This document shows positions 26,936 through 38,923 of a stretch of DNA of 64,000 bases, piece by piece. This stretch comes from Gammaproteobacteria bacterium (lineage in GTDB: Bacteria > Pseudomonadota > Gammaproteobacteria > Eutrophobiales > Eutrophobiaceae). The position numbers and the translations under genes were made by a program. Positions within the stretch are counted from its first letter, which is position 1, and each line of letters opens with the position of its first letter. The notes below the pieces were generated by a model. It ran no database searches. It had not been told where the DNA came from and saw nothing but the letters and a program-made list of their open reading frames with translations. The stretch covers positions 2,626,649 to 2,690,648 of the forward strand of contig OZ252091.1 of the NCBI GenBank assembly GCA_965248145.1, in the 5' to 3' direction.

Positions 26936-28384
26936 TTATAAACCCAGTACTCTTGTACAGATTTGGATGAGATCGCCCGGCATAAAGCCAAGCAGCAACA
27001 GGGCCAGTCCATTGAGGCTTATTGCTATTTTCATCGGCCTGTTCGCGTCAAGCGCCGCGCCGGGTTCCGGTTGGTCAAAGTACATGAGTTTGACTATGCG
27101 CAAATAGTAATAAGCGCCGACCACGGAGAAGGTAACAGCCAATACCGCCAGCCAGGTATAGCCGATTGCCACCACTTCCTTGATCACAAACCATTTGGCC
27201 CAGAAACCCAGGAACGGGGGGACGCCCGCCATGGAGAACATGAACACCAGCATGATGAAAGCAAACCAGGGGCTGTACTCGGCATATCCCTTGAAGTCGT
27301 CCAGCCGGTCTGCTTCATAACCCTTGCGTCCCGACAGTATGATAAAGCCGAATGCGCCCATGCTCATGATTACGTAGGCGATGACGTAGAAAAGTGCGCC
27401 GGCATACGTATAGCCCTGGGTTAACTGCAACCCGGGCAAAATACCGAGAATTAAAAACCCGGCGTGGGCGATGGCGGAGTAAGCCAGCATGCGTTTTATG
27501 TTGGTCTGGGATATGGCGATAATGTTCCCTGCCGCCATTGATAATACCGACAGGATGATCAGCATCCCCTGCCAGTCGACGTGCAGGGGTTCCATACCGT
27601 CAATCAGCAAACGGATCGCCATTGCAAAGGCGGCCACCTTCGGCGCCGTAGCCAGGAACAGGGTTACCGCTGTCGGAGAGCCTTCATATACGTCCGGCAG
27701 CCACATGTGAAAAGGAACGGCGCCAAGCTTGAAAGCGATACCGACAACGACGAAGACGACTCCGAAGACGAACATTATGCCGGTTTCAGCCTGTGACGCG
27801 ATGTGCGTGGCAAGTTCAGGCAATATCAAGGTGCCTGAGGCGCCATATAAAATCGAAATCCCGTATAACAACAGGCCTGACGCCAGCGCGCCCAGGACAA
27901 AATACTTCATGGCCGCCTCGGATGCCGTTTCGGATTCCTTATTCATCGCTACCATGGCGTATAGAGATAACGACATGAGTTCCAGGCCCAGGTATATGGT
28001 TAACATGCTATGCGCGGATGCCATGACCAGCATACCCAGCACGGCAAATAACCCGAGCACGAAATATTCACCTTGCAGCAACCCGCGCGCCTTGAAGTAA
28101 TGGTATGAGTAAAAGAACGCCATGATGGACGCGGCGCAAACGGTCACTTTGAGTACGGCGCTCAGCGGGTCCAGGATAAAGTGTTGATGAAACACTGAAA
28201 CGGCGCCATCCGGCGCCAGGTAAATTACGAGAAGCATCACCGCAACCAGAGAAAACTGGGCCAGCAGATAGGTCAGCAACCTGTCCGGATCAGTTGAAAA
28301 CGCATCACACAGCAGGACCAGGCAAGCGAGTATCAATAACGCCAGTTCCGGGATGAGAAATACGATTTCAGCAGTGATTGACAT
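26936..28384 (-). CDS. nuoN: NADH-quinone oxidoreductase subunit N.
   Basis: Last gene of a syntenic nuoA-N operon. Polytopic antiporter-like subunit. Confidence 0.85.
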   Translation of the reverse strand: MSITAEIVFLIPELALLILACLVLLCDAFSTDPDRLLTYLLAQFSLVAVMLLVIYLAPDGAVSVFHQHFILDPLSAVLKVTVCAASIMAFFYSYHYFKARGLLQGEYFVLGLFAVLGMLVMASAHSMLTIYLGLELMSLSLYAMVAMNKESETASEAAMKYFVLGALASGLLLYGISILYGASGTLILPELATHIASQAETGIMFVFGVVFVVVGIAFKLGAVPFHMWLPDVYEGSPTAVTLFLATAPKVAAFAMAIRLLIDGMEPLHVDWQGMLIILSVLSMAAGNIIAISQTNIKRMLAYSAIAHAGFLILGILPGLQLTQGYTYAGALFYVIAYVIMSMGAFGFIILSGRKGYEADRLDDFKGYAEYSPWFAFIMLVFMFSMAGVPPFLGFWAKWFVIKEVVAIGYTWLAVLAVTFSVVGAYYYLRIVKLMYFDQPEPGAALDANRPMKIAISLNGLALLLLGFMPGDLIQICTRVLGL

Positions 28385-28386
28385 GA

Positions 28387-29907
28387 CTATCCGATTTTAG
28401 ATTGTGAAATGTGCTCCACCAGGTGATTGATCGTGGTATCCATAATTTCAAATAACGGCGCCGGCCAGAGGCCCAGGAACAATACGGCGACGGCAAGCAG
28501 GGACAGGAACGCGACTTCACGCCCGGAAATATCCTGCAACTCAGCCACGCGTTCATTGGCTACGTCGCCAAAAATCACCCGTTTATACATCCATAAGGTG
28601 TAAGCGGCGCCCAAAATCAGTACGGTGGCGGCCAAAACGGCAATCCAGACATTAGCCTGGAAACTGCCCAGGATGACCAGAAATTCACCAACAAACCCGG
28701 AGGTGCCGGGCAATCCGGCATTTGCCATGGCAAACAACATCAGAAATGACGCAAATACCGGCATGGTATTCGCTACGCCGCCGTAATCGGCGATTTCCCG
28801 GCTGTGGAGCCGGTCGTACATAACACCGACACACAGGAACAAGGCAGCCGAGATAAGCCCATGCGATATCATCTGCATCATGCCGCCGGCCAATCCCATT
28901 ACCGCGCCATCGACTGCCCCTGTCGAGTTTATGCTGGAAAACACAATAAAGAATCCCAGCGTAACAAACCCCATGTGGGAAACGGATGAGTAGGCAATCA
29001 GTTTTTTCATGTCCTGCTGCACCAGGGCGACAAAGCCGATATAGACGATGGCAATCAATGACAAGATGATCATAAAACCCGCCAGGGCCGCGCTTGCATC
29101 CGGTACTATGGGCAGACTGAAACGGATGAAACCGTACCCCCCCATCTTCAACAGGATCGCCGCCAGGATCACGGAACCGCCCGTCGGCGCCTCAACGTGC
29201 GCGTCCGGCAACCAGGTATGTACGGGCCACATGGGAATTTTCACTGCAAAGGCGAGCAGGAAAGCGATAAATATCCATTTCTGCGCGCTGAGTGACAGCG
29301 GCAACTTGTGCAGGTCGAGGATATAAAAACTACCCATTTTCGAGTACAGGTACAGCAAGGCCACCAGCATGAATACCGACCCCAGGAAGGTATAAAGAAA
29401 AAACTTGATCGTGGCATAAACGCGCTTCGGACCCCCCCATACACCGATGATCAGGAACATGGGTATCAACATGGCTTCCCAGAAAAAATAAAACAAAATG
29501 GCGTCCAGCGATGCAAACACCCCGTTCATTAACCCTTCCAGGATCAGAAAGGACGCCATGTATTGAGAAAGCCTGGTTTTTATCACTTCCCAACCGGCTA
29601 TCACCACCAGGACCGTCGTAAACGTCGTCAACAGGATCAGGGGAACGGAAATACCGTCAACGCCCAGGTGATAATTTATATTGAACGTTTCAATCCACCC
29701 GTCGTATTCGACGAACTGCATCAGGGGGGTTGACGTATCGAACCGGACGTATAACAGGGTTGACAATAAAAAGACCAGAATCGATATGGTCAACGAGAAT
29801 GATTTTACTACCTGCTTTTGCTTGTCTCCGGCATATAAAACAAGCAAGCCGCCCAGGATGGGCGTCCAGATCAATAAGCTCAGAACAGGTAGGGTTTGAT
29901 AATCCAT
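28387..29907 (-). CDS. nuoM: NADH-quinone oxidoreductase subunit M.
   Basis: Position within the operon, length of 506 aa and Mrp-antiporter-like blocks. Confidence 0.85.
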   Translation of the reverse strand: MDYQTLPVLSLLIWTPILGGLLVLYAGDKQKQVVKSFSLTISILVFLLSTLLYVRFDTSTPLMQFVEYDGWIETFNINYHLGVDGISVPLILLTTFTTVLVVIAGWEVIKTRLSQYMASFLILEGLMNGVFASLDAILFYFFWEAMLIPMFLIIGVWGGPKRVYATIKFFLYTFLGSVFMLVALLYLYSKMGSFYILDLHKLPLSLSAQKWIFIAFLLAFAVKIPMWPVHTWLPDAHVEAPTGGSVILAAILLKMGGYGFIRFSLPIVPDASAALAGFMIILSLIAIVYIGFVALVQQDMKKLIAYSSVSHMGFVTLGFFIVFSSINSTGAVDGAVMGLAGGMMQMISHGLISAALFLCVGVMYDRLHSREIADYGGVANTMPVFASFLMLFAMANAGLPGTSGFVGEFLVILGSFQANVWIAVLAATVLILGAAYTLWMYKRVIFGDVANERVAELQDISGREVAFLSLLAVAVLFLGLWPAPLFEIMDTTINHLVEHISQSKIG

Positions 29908-29918
29908 TTATTGCCGGG

Positions 29919-31880
29919 TTAAACGAGATGATGGACAAAAACAGCCAGGAGTAACAACAGGCCGATAATCATGGCAAAGGCATAGTGATACAGGTAACCG
30001 GTTTGCACGGTCCTGATGACACCCGAAAACCAGCGCACTGCACGCGCGGTACCATTTACCAGTACGCCGTCTATTACCTGCACGTCTCCCCATTGCCAGA
30101 GCAGTTTGCCGGCGCCGCGCGCGCCGCCGGCAAAAACAGCCTGGTAAACTTCATCAAAATAGTATTTCCTGACTAGGTACTGGTAGGGATAAGCAAACAA
30201 TCCTGCAATTTTGGCCGGCCAGTGAGGAAACCTGATGTAACACAGCCAGGCGACAAAAATACCCGCAAAAGCCAGCCAGACGGGTGCGTGTCTGAACGCG
30301 CCCAGGGTGAAACCGAACACGCCCGTATAATGTGAAGCCATTTCATTCAGACCGCCGGCATGCTCGGCGGATACGCGGATGGCGCTCATATAATAATCAC
30401 CGAATACCATGGGGCCAACCAGAAAACCGCCGATAACCAGGGATGGAACTGCCAGAATAAGCAGTGGCATGGTGACAACCGCCGGTGATTCTTTTATGCG
30501 CTCCCAGGTATGTTGATCCATCCGCTCTTTGCCATGGAACGTCAGGAAAAACAATCGGAACGAATAGAGCGCCGTAATAAACACGCCGCACAGCACGGCC
30601 AGATAAGCGATACCCGCACCGGGCAGTTGTGAATAATGTACCGCCTCGATAATGGAATCCTTCGAATAAAACCCGGATGTAAACGGAAAGCCGATAAGGG
30701 CGAGTGAACCAATCAGGGCTGTAAACCACGTAACCGGCATGTAACGATACAAACCACCCATCTTGCGCATGTCCTGTTCATGGTGTAACGCGATAATCAC
30801 GGAACCCGCCGCCAGGAACAGCAAGGCTTTAAAAAAGGCATGAGTCACCAGGTGAAAGATCGCCACCGAGTATGCGGACGCGCCAAGCGCCACCGTCATA
30901 TACCCCAACTGGGACAAGGTCGAATAGGCTATGACCCGCTTGATGTCATGCTGGACAACCCCCAGAAGCCCCATGAAAAACGCCGTTACTGCGCCAACCA
31001 GTAAAATACTGCTGAGGGCGACATCAGACAGTTCATATAACGGTGACATGCGCGCCACCATGAAAATACCAGCCGTGACCATGGTCGCCGCGTGAATTAA
31101 CGCTGAAATCGGTGTCGGGCCTTCCATGGAATCGGGCAACCAGACGTGTAAGGGAACCTGCGCGGATTTTCCCATGGCGCCGATAAACAGGCAGATGCAG
31201 ATAAAGGTCAGCGCGGACCATTCAAGGCCGGGGATGAGGGTGATGGTTGAACCCGCCAGTGCCTCCGCCTGGTCGAATACCTGTGCATAATCCAGCGAAT
31301 TGAAATACAGCAGGACTGCGGCAATGCCAATCAGGAAGCCGAAATCACCCACACGATTCACGATAAAAGCCTTCAGGCTGGCGAAAATCGCGGATTCCCG
31401 TTTAAACCAGAAGCCGATCAGCAGGTAAGATACCAGCCCGACGGCCTCCCAGCCGAAAAACAACTGCACGAAGTTATTGGACATCACCAGCATCAGCATG
31501 GCAAAGGTAAACAGGGAAATATAACTGAAAAAACGCTGGTAGCCCGGGTCATCCCGCATGTAGCCGATGGTATAAATATGGATCAGCCAGGAAACAAAAC
31601 TGACAACCACCATCATGGTCACGGTTAGCTGGTCCACCAGGAAACCCATCGTAAAACTCAGCTCTCCCGCCGTGAGCCAGGTATAAACCGTGGCGTTATA
31701 AACTTCACCACCATCAAACATCAGATGTTTGTACGCCACCAGTGAAAGAGCGGTAGAAATGCCCACACCGATAATCGTTACCCAATGCGCCCCGCTCCTG
31801 CCGATGATACGCCCGAACAGACCGGCGATGATCGCCCCGAGCAAAGGAGACAGTGCGACAGTGAGATAGATATATTCCAT
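29919..31880 (-). CDS. nuoL: NADH-quinone oxidoreductase subunit L.
   Basis: Position within the operon and length of ~650 aa. Start chosen at MEYIYLTV. Confidence 0.85.
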   Translation of the reverse strand: MEYIYLTVALSPLLGAIIAGLFGRIIGRSGAHWVTIIGVGISTALSLVAYKHLMFDGGEVYNATVYTWLTAGELSFTMGFLVDQLTVTMMVVVSFVSWLIHIYTIGYMRDDPGYQRFFSYISLFTFAMLMLVMSNNFVQLFFGWEAVGLVSYLLIGFWFKRESAIFASLKAFIVNRVGDFGFLIGIAAVLLYFNSLDYAQVFDQAEALAGSTITLIPGLEWSALTFICICLFIGAMGKSAQVPLHVWLPDSMEGPTPISALIHAATMVTAGIFMVARMSPLYELSDVALSSILLVGAVTAFFMGLLGVVQHDIKRVIAYSTLSQLGYMTVALGASAYSVAIFHLVTHAFFKALLFLAAGSVIIALHHEQDMRKMGGLYRYMPVTWFTALIGSLALIGFPFTSGFYSKDSIIEAVHYSQLPGAGIAYLAVLCGVFITALYSFRLFFLTFHGKERMDQHTWERIKESPAVVTMPLLILAVPSLVIGGFLVGPMVFGDYYMSAIRVSAEHAGGLNEMASHYTGVFGFTLGAFRHAPVWLAFAGIFVAWLCYIRFPHWPAKIAGLFAYPYQYLVRKYYFDEVYQAVFAGGARGAGKLLWQWGDVQVIDGVLVNGTARAVRWFSGVIRTVQTGYLYHYAFAMIIGLLLLLAVFVHHLV

Positions 31881-31894
31881 ATCGGCAGCCATTC

Positions 31895-32200
31895 TCATCC
31901 CCGCATACTGTCAAGGTCCGCCACGTTGATGGTATTCCGGTTGCGAAACAGGACGACCAGGATAGCCAGGCCGATAGCTGATTCGGCCGCGGCGACCGTC
32001 AGGATGAAGAAGACAAAAACCTGGCCATGGATATCACCGAGGAAGTGGGAAAACGCAATAAAGTTCAAATTCACCGACAACAGCATCAGTTCGATGCACA
32101 TCAACAAAATAATGACGTTTTTCCTGTTAATGAAAATGCCTGCCACGCTGATACAGAACAGAGTCGCGGCCAATATCAGGACTTCGGTAAGCTCAATCAC
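31895..32200 (-). CDS. nuoK: NADH-quinone oxidoreductase subunit K.
   Basis: 101 aa with 3 TM segments, at the expected operon position. Confidence 0.85.
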   Translation of the reverse strand: MIELTEVLILAATLFCISVAGIFINRKNVIILLMCIELMLLSVNLNFIAFSHFLGDIHGQVFVFFILTVAAAESAIGLAILVVLFRNRNTINVADLDSMRG

Positions 32201-32814
32201 TGCTGTTCCCCGTTTTGTCCATCCTGCTTCTCACTCTCCATGTTGACAAGACGCACCCGCGTATCAGGTGTTACGACAACCTGTTTTTCCGGTTTCGGCG
32301 TGCGTTGCGCCCGCGGTTTACGCATGGTCAGACTGATCGCGGCGATAATGGCGACCAGCAGGATTGCGCCGGCGATCTCAAAGGGATAAAGATAGTCGGT
32401 AAACAACGCCTTTCCGAGTAACCGGGTATTATCGGCAGTGGCCGGGAGTTGGCCGGCGGCAGTTGACGTGTCCGGCAGGTCGGAACCGACAATCAATCCC
32501 ATGGAAACCAGCATCAAGATGGCAACCAATATGCCGACGGGTAAAAATCGGGCAAAGCCTTCCCGTATCCGGGCCATGTTGATGTCCAGCATCATCACCA
32601 CGAACAGGAATAACACCATCACCGCACCGACGTAAACCAGCACCAGCAAGATGGCCAGGAACTCCGCCCGTAATAACAACCAGATAGCCGCGCTGCAGAA
32701 GAATGATAAAACAAGAAAAAGTGCGGCGTGTACGGGGTTCCGCGCCGTGATGACCATCCCGGCCGATATCACCAGCAACGTGGCGAAAATATAGAAGATA
32801 GACTGCTCAAGCAT
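32197..32814 (-). CDS. nuoJ: NADH-quinone oxidoreductase subunit J.
   Basis: Operon position. Start chosen at [10 protein letters not shown] to avoid a long overlap with nuoI. Confidence 0.8.
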   Translation of the reverse strand: MLEQSIFYIFATLLVISAGMVITARNPVHAALFLVLSFFCSAAIWLLLRAEFLAILLVLVYVGAVMVLFLFVVMMLDINMARIREGFARFLPVGILVAILMLVSMGLIVGSDLPDTSTAAGQLPATADNTRLLGKALFTDYLYPFEIAGAILLVAIIAAISLTMRKPRAQRTPKPEKQVVVTPDTRVRLVNMESEKQDGQNGEQQ

Positions 32815-32851
32815 TTTTATTGTAGTTATTCGCTTCCGGTTTGCGCTTTTT

Positions 32852-33337
32852 TTATCTGTATATGGCTTCCGTTGCCCGGTCTTGCGCAATCTGTTCTTCC
32901 GCCAGGTCTCCCACCTCCAATAACCTTTCCTTTGTCATCAGCAGGTCGTCGCGCTGTTCACCGTGATATTCGAATATGCGCGTCTCAACAATGGCATCCA
33001 CCGGGCATGATTCTTCACAAAACCCGCAAAAAATACACTTCGCCAAATCTATATCGTAACGGGTAGTCCGGCGCGTGCCGTCTTCCCGCTGCTCCGAGTC
33101 GATGGTGATAGCCACGGCAGGGCAAACCGCCTCGCATAATTTACAGGCAATACAACGTTCTTCCCCATTCGGATAACGACGCAACGCATGAAGACCCCGA
33201 AAGCGGGGGGACTGGGGCGTCTTCTCCTCCGGATACTGCACGGTGATCTTGCGCTTGAACAGGTAACGCCCGGTCAAACGCAGCCCTTTCAACAATTCCC
33301 ACAACAAAAAAGTCTGAAAATATTTTTTCATATTCAT
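32852..33337 (-). CDS. nuoI: NADH-quinone oxidoreductase subunit I (2x[4Fe-4S] ferredoxin-like).
   Basis: Two CxxCxxCxxxCP motifs ([12 protein letters not shown] and [12 protein letters not shown]). Confidence 0.9.
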   Translation of the reverse strand: MNMKKYFQTFLLWELLKGLRLTGRYLFKRKITVQYPEEKTPQSPRFRGLHALRRYPNGEERCIACKLCEAVCPAVAITIDSEQREDGTRRTTRYDIDLAKCIFCGFCEESCPVDAIVETRIFEYHGEQRDDLLMTKERLLEVGDLAEEQIAQDRATEAIYR

Positions 33338-33352
33338 ATTAACCGTTTGTTT

Positions 33353-34474
33353 TTAAAGACTATCGAACCAGGGTGGCAGCTGTGCGACCACCATGCCGGA
33401 AATCACGACGATCCAGACGATGGTAATAGGCAGGAACACCTTCCAGCCGAGGCGCATGATCTGGTCGTACCTGTAACGGGGGAACGTTGCCCTGAACCAC
33501 AGAAACAGGAATAAAAACGCAGAAGTCTTGATTAACAGCCATATTATATTCGGTTCACTGATGTAAGGCAGGCCACCGAGCAGCGGCAAGCCCTGAAAGG
33601 GGGACAACCAGCCGCCACAGAACAGCACTGCCGTCAGGACGGAAATAAGGACCATATTGGCGTATTCCGCCATAAAGAAAATGGAAAACGCCATACCACC
33701 GTACTCTACGTGGAAACCCGCGACGATTTCGGACTCACCCTCGGCCACGTCAAACGGCGCCCGGTTGGTCTCTGCCACGCCTGAAATAAAATAAACAAAA
33801 AATATCGGCAACAGGGGCAGCCAGAACCAGTGCAGGATGCTACCGTTTTGTGATGTGATAATCTGGCCCAGGTTTAAACTGCCGGCGGCAATCAGCACAC
33901 ACACCAGCGCAAAACCCATGGCAATCTCGTAAGCTACGATTTGTGCGACGGAACGCATGGCGCCCAGGAACGCATACTTGGAATTTGACGCCCAGCCGGC
34001 GATGATAATGCCGTAAATAGCCAGGGACGTCAGGGCCAGGATGTATAACAACCCGGCATTGATGTCGGCCAGCACCATGGTGTCATCAAACGGTATCACG
34101 GCCCACGCGGCCAGGGATGGCGCGATAGCCAACACGGGCGCGATCACGAACAGGCGTTTATTCGCGCCTGTAGGAATAATGATTTCCTTGAAGAGGAGTT
34201 TAGCCGCATCGGCGATTGGTTGACCCAGGCCCCAGAAGCGCATACCAAAAAACCCGACTCTGTTCGGACCAATCCGGCATTGGATATAGCCGATGATTTT
34301 GCGTTCTGCGTAAGTCATATAGGCGACAACGAGCAACAGGGGAAGCAATATGGCAAGGATTTTTACCAGTATTTCGAGGGTGTAAAGCGTGTAATCCACG
34401 TAACCGGCGGGCGCCAGGGCAGCAAGTGGCGCAAGAACAGTATCGCTGATGATATTAAATATGGTTTCGAACAC
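33353..34474 (-). CDS. nuoH: NADH-quinone oxidoreductase subunit H.
   Basis: The ...[20 protein letters not shown] motif characteristic of NuoH/ND1. Confidence 0.9.
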   Translation of the reverse strand: MFETIFNIISDTVLAPLAALAPAGYVDYTLYTLEILVKILAILLPLLLVVAYMTYAERKIIGYIQCRIGPNRVGFFGMRFWGLGQPIADAAKLLFKEIIIPTGANKRLFVIAPVLAIAPSLAAWAVIPFDDTMVLADINAGLLYILALTSLAIYGIIIAGWASNSKYAFLGAMRSVAQIVAYEIAMGFALVCVLIAAGSLNLGQIITSQNGSILHWFWLPLLPIFFVYFISGVAETNRAPFDVAEGESEIVAGFHVEYGGMAFSIFFMAEYANMVLISVLTAVLFCGGWLSPFQGLPLLGGLPYISEPNIIWLLIKTSAFLFLFLWFRATFPRYRYDQIMRLGWKVFLPITIVWIVVISGMVVAQLPPWFDSL

Positions 34475-34476
34475 GG

Positions 34477-36903
34477 TTAAACCCTGCTAATCGATACCAC
34501 GCCTGATAATGGCCCCAGACTGCCGGTATCGGCGTGCGCGCCATGCACCAGTACGCAATCATCCGCAACAGAGTCATCAAGATGCAACGGCAGTTGCGCA
34601 ACGGCATCCTGGCTTGCAACCCTGACGCTCTCCTGCCCGGCAACGCCCAGTCTGGCCGCCGTGGCTGAGTTGATATGAACGACCCCGTCAGCAACGTCCC
34701 CGGTCTGCTGCAATGCCGGGGCATGACGCACCAGCGCGTCGACGGAATTCATGGGAATGTACCCTATACGCTGCAGGCCATCGGCAGGCGCTATTGTTTC
34801 CGGCGCCGGTATTGTTTCAGTCTCCTGCCAGGCCCCCATATTATCTGCTTGGGTATTTCCAAGAATTTCGGCTAACACGGTTTGAACATCTCCGATCTCC
34901 CGGTAACCGGACTCGGGAAACCTGAATTTATTTACTAGGTTGAATCTATTAGTCCGGCTGAATTTACTTGCCAGGGAGCTGAATATTTTCCAGGCAGGGC
35001 GCGCTTCCCCGGGCGGCGATACCACTGAGTTAAAACATTGTTGCCGGCCTTCCATATTCAGGTATGTACCTGTGTTCTCCGCATACAATGCCATGGGCAA
35101 TAGCACGTCGGCATAGTCATCTGCCGCTTTAGTCTTGTAGCCCGTGATGGCGACTACACAGCTTGCCCTGGAGACCGCATCCCGCGCCAGCCTGCCGTCA
35201 AAACAATCAAGTTCCGGTTCCACGTCCAGCAACAGGTAAGCCGACATTTGTTGCGCCACCATGTCATAAGCATTCAACCCGCCAACACCGGCATTTTCTG
35301 CGTCCGGAGTCCTGTGCGGCACGGCGCCGGCCAGCCAGGCCCCGGCGTTGTTTGCCCCGTCCTCCAAATAACCAAAACTGCCGCCGGCATATTCCGCCAG
35401 GGTCCCGGACAGGTATCGAAGCAAGGATAATTGCGGGTGAGAAATACCCAGGCTGCCGATGAATACGGCTGTTTTATCGGCCTGGATCAGTGAAGCGCCA
35501 ATATTTCTGTGAAGCTTCCCCGGTTTGATTGCCGCCAACAACCGGCTTATGTTCGTACCTCTACCCCTCCTGCCAATGACCACTTTCAAAACGGCCGCCA
35601 ATTCATGTACAAGTTTTGTTGATGAGACAATACGCTTATGGGCAACTGTATAGTTAAAGTCAAAATCGACCGGATTAATCATCGTTACTTTGGCGCCGTT
35701 CAGGACTGCTTTGCGTAACCGGTGATTGATGATGGGTTGGTCCTTGCGGGGGAACCCTCCGATTATCAATGCCGCATCGACCTGCTCGATCTCGGAGATG
35801 GGCATTCCCAGCCCCGGGTATGCCGGCGCCGTATCCTGATCGCTGAAATCCGATTGCCGTAAACGGTGATCGATGTTATTGGAACCCAATCCCCGGATAA
35901 ACTTTTGCGCCAGGTAAAGCTCTTCCGTAGTGGCTGAAGGTGAAACCAGCGCGCCGATTTTATCTGCTCCGTACTGGGTAACCACAGTGCCCAGCTTATC
36001 CGTTACATAGCTGAATGCCGTATCCCAGCCGACTTCCCGCCAGCCGCTGTTATCCCTTATCATAGGCGTGGTAAGACGTTCAGCGGCATACAGTCCTGCA
36101 TAACTGAACCGGTCCCGGTCGGACAGCCAGATCTCGTTGATTGCCTCATTTTCCGCAGGGACCACACGTTTTACCCGATCATCTTTAACATGGAAGTGGA
36201 TATTCGATCCCACGGCATCATGGGCCGCTATACCCGGGTGTTGGGTCATCTCCCAGGTGCGCGCGGAATACCGGAACGGTTTTGAGGTCAGGGCGCCGAC
36301 CGGACACAGGTCGATCACGTTGCCGGACAACTCGGAAGTCATGCTCTTTTCTATATAGGTGCCGATCTCCATGAATTCACTGCGGCCGGTTGCCCCCAGT
36401 TCGCGTAAACCTGCAATTTCCTCACCAAACCGCACGCATCGGGTACAGTGTATACAACGGGTCATGTCCGTCTGTACCAGGGGGCCGATGTTTTTGTCCT
36501 TTACGACCCGTTTCTTTTCCTGGTAGCGGGATACGTCCCTGCCGTAACCCATCGCCAGATCCTGCAATTCGCATTCTCCTCCCTGGTCGCAGATAGGACA
36601 ATCCAGGGGATGGTTGATCAGCAAAAATTCCATGACGGATTTTTGCGCTTCCAGGGCCAGTTCGGATTTCGTATGGACCTTCATGCCGTCCATGACCGGC
36701 GTGGCGCACGCGGGCAAAGGCTTGGGCGCCTTTTCCACCTCCACCAGGCACATCCGGCAATTAGCGGCAACAGACAGTTTATCGTGGTAACAGAACCGCG
36801 GCACGTAGTTGCCGATCCGGTCAGTCACTTCAATCAGCATCTGACCCGGCCTGGCCTCTACCTCTGCGCCGTCAACTTCAATTGTTATGGAATTATCAGA
36901 CAT
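34477..36903 (-). CDS. nuoG: NADH-quinone oxidoreductase subunit G.
   Basis: N-terminal 2Fe-2S and 4Fe-4S cysteine clusters (CRMCLVEV..., [20 protein letters not shown]) plus a molybdopterin-like domain. Confidence 0.9.
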   Translation of the reverse strand: MSDNSITIEVDGAEVEARPGQMLIEVTDRIGNYVPRFCYHDKLSVAANCRMCLVEVEKAPKPLPACATPVMDGMKVHTKSELALEAQKSVMEFLLINHPLDCPICDQGGECELQDLAMGYGRDVSRYQEKKRVVKDKNIGPLVQTDMTRCIHCTRCVRFGEEIAGLRELGATGRSEFMEIGTYIEKSMTSELSGNVIDLCPVGALTSKPFRYSARTWEMTQHPGIAAHDAVGSNIHFHVKDDRVKRVVPAENEAINEIWLSDRDRFSYAGLYAAERLTTPMIRDNSGWREVGWDTAFSYVTDKLGTVVTQYGADKIGALVSPSATTEELYLAQKFIRGLGSNNIDHRLRQSDFSDQDTAPAYPGLGMPISEIEQVDAALIIGGFPRKDQPIINHRLRKAVLNGAKVTMINPVDFDFNYTVAHKRIVSSTKLVHELAAVLKVVIGRRGRGTNISRLLAAIKPGKLHRNIGASLIQADKTAVFIGSLGISHPQLSLLRYLSGTLAEYAGGSFGYLEDGANNAGAWLAGAVPHRTPDAENAGVGGLNAYDMVAQQMSAYLLLDVEPELDCFDGRLARDAVSRASCVVAITGYKTKAADDYADVLLPMALYAENTGTYLNMEGRQQCFNSVVSPPGEARPAWKIFSSLASKFSRTNRFNLVNKFRFPESGYREIGDVQTVLAEILGNTQADNMGAWQETETIPAPETIAPADGLQRIGYIPMNSVDALVRHAPALQQTGDVADGVVHINSATAARLGVAGQESVRVASQDAVAQLPLHLDDSVADDCVLVHGAHADTGSLGPLSGVVSISRV

Positions 36904-38197
36904 TTGCGGCATTAATCATACTGCGGCCCTGGTTTTCTATCATGTACTCAAATTCATGGCGGTAATGTTTGATAAAGCTCTGTACCGGCCATGCCGCGGC
37001 ATCACCGAGCGCGCAGATGGTCCGCCCTTCAATCTTGTTGGCCACGTCAACCAGTTTGTCCAGGTCTTCCAACCGGCCCTGGCCGTCAATGATGCGGGAT
37101 AACATGCGATATAACCAGCCCGTTCCCTCACGGCACGGGGTACACTGGCCACAGGACTCGGCAAAATAAAACCGGGAAATACGCCTCAGCATCCTTACCA
37201 TGCAGGTGGTCTCATCCATCACCACCACGGCGCCGGTACCAACGGATGATCCCACAGCCTGCAAGGAATCGTAATCCATATCGGTTCGCATCATGATCTC
37301 GCCCGGCACCACCTGCACCGATGATCCACCGGGGATCACTGCTTTTAATCCCCGGCCTTTCCACACACCACCGGCCATTTCCAATAAATCTTTAAATGGT
37401 ATGCCCATGGGGACTTCAAAATTACCCGGTTTTTCCACGTGACCGCTCACGGAAAAACACTTGGCGCCGCCACTGTTCCCAACACCGAGGTCGGCAAACC
37501 AGCGCGCCCCTTTCAGTATGATTGTCGGCGCCGAGCAAAAACTTTCCGTGTTGTTAACGGTGGTGGGTTTGCCGTACAAACCGTATTGTGCGGGAAACGG
37601 AGGTTTGAACCGTGGTTTGCCTGTTTTGCCTTCAAGGGATTCCAACAGGGCTGTTTCTTCACCACAGATATAAGCGCCGGCTCCCAGGGTGGCATAAATA
37701 TCGATGTCTATGCCTGAACCGAGAATATTCCCGCCCAGTAAACCCTCATCATAGGCTTCTTTCAAGGCATCTTCAAAACGCCTGTAAGGTTCATCCATGA
37801 ACTCGCCGCGGATATAGTTGTAACCCACCGATGCGCCCATGGCATAACAGGCGATGGCCATGCCTTCAACCAGGGAGTGCGGATTAAAGCGGAGGATGTC
37901 ACGGTCTTTACAGGTGCCCGGTTCACTTTCATCGGAATTGCAGACGACGTATTTCGGATTGGGCACATCGGGGTTCATGAAACTCCATTTCAATCCCATG
38001 GGGAATCCGGCGCCGCCGCGACCCCGCAGACCTGAGCCTTTTATTTCCTCCGTCACGTCTCTCGGTAATATTTTTTCACTGAGGATTTTTTTCCAGGCCT
38101 GGTAGCCATCAACCCGATAATAATTCTCCAGGGTCCAGGGCTGCTCATATTTGAGCGTGGCGAAACAGACCGAATTAATGGCGTCCCGATCCATCAC
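36896..38197 (-). CDS. nuoF: NADH-quinone oxidoreductase subunit F (NADH- and FMN-binding).
   Basis: [13 protein letters not shown] and ...[10 protein letters not shown] motifs. Confidence 0.9.
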   Translation of the reverse strand: MMDRDAINSVCFATLKYEQPWTLENYYRVDGYQAWKKILSEKILPRDVTEEIKGSGLRGRGGAGFPMGLKWSFMNPDVPNPKYVVCNSDESEPGTCKDRDILRFNPHSLVEGMAIACYAMGASVGYNYIRGEFMDEPYRRFEDALKEAYDEGLLGGNILGSGIDIDIYATLGAGAYICGEETALLESLEGKTGKPRFKPPFPAQYGLYGKPTTVNNTESFCSAPTIILKGARWFADLGVGNSGGAKCFSVSGHVEKPGNFEVPMGIPFKDLLEMAGGVWKGRGLKAVIPGGSSVQVVPGEIMMRTDMDYDSLQAVGSSVGTGAVVVMDETTCMVRMLRRISRFYFAESCGQCTPCREGTGWLYRMLSRIIDGQGRLEDLDKLVDVANKIEGRTICALGDAAAWPVQSFIKHYRHEFEYMIENQGRSMINAANV

Positions 38198-38691
38198 TTC
38201 AGCCCGTCCAGTACTTTGTCCACTAACTCAAGTGTCAGGTTCTCATAGTATTTATGATCGACCATCATCATGGGCGCCCCGCAGCAGGCGGCCAGGCATT
38301 CTTCTTCCTCCTTCAGGTAAATACGGTCATCCCGGGTGGACTCGCCGGTTTTCACCCCCAGTTTTTTTTCTATATGAGCGACAATATCATCCGCGCCCCG
38401 CAACATACATGAGATATTGGTGCATACGGACACGCTGTGACGACCACAAGGCTCGGTCTCCAACATGGAATAAAAGCTGGCGACTTCATAAACGGCGATA
38501 CGCGGCATCTCCAGGTAGTCGGCCACCGCGTTCATGAGTTCCGTAGTCAGGTAACCCCGATTCACATACTGTACTTCGCGCAAAGCCGCCAGTACGGCAG
38601 ACTGCTTCCAGTCCGCCGGATATTTCGTCAGCCAGACATTGATTTCTTTCCTGACGTGAGTCGATAATTTTTGTTTAGTTAAATTATTCAT
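38194..38691 (-). CDS. nuoE: NADH-quinone oxidoreductase subunit E.
   Basis: Thioredoxin-like 2Fe-2S subunit with the [14 protein letters not shown]...ACCGAP pattern. Confidence 0.85.
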   Translation of the reverse strand: MNNLTKQKLSTHVRKEINVWLTKYPADWKQSAVLAALREVQYVNRGYLTTELMNAVADYLEMPRIAVYEVASFYSMLETEPCGRHSVSVCTNISCMLRGADDIVAHIEKKLGVKTGESTRDDRIYLKEEEECLAACCGAPMMMVDHKYYENLTLELVDKVLDGLK

Positions 38692-38727
38692 GGTGAAAAC
38701 TATACCAGTCACGAAGGACACCGGCAT

Positions 38728-38923
38728 CCGTCATTCCGGGCTTGACCCGGAATCCAGTCAAATAAACCTTCCTTATAAGGAATCATTTAATCCACTGGAT
38801 TCTGGCATTCGCCAGAATGACGGCAGGGGAAAGACGGATGTTTTTGACGCCAGAGCGAGTCGTGCATTGTCTGCCTTATCTGAGTCTGTATTAATCTTTT
38901 TTCTCTGTGTTCTCTGTGGCTGA
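38728..38923. repeat. Intergenic inverted-repeat element between nuoE and nuoD, ending in a half-site of the type A MITE terminus (TTTTCTCTGTGTTCTCTGTGGC).
   Basis: Inverted repeats CCGGCATCCGTCATTCCGGGCTTGACCCGGAATCCAGTC / GACTGGATTCTGGCATTCGCCAGAATGACGGCAGG. Related motifs (CGGGCTTGACCCGG, AATGACGG) recur at 17225-17280. Confidence 0.5.
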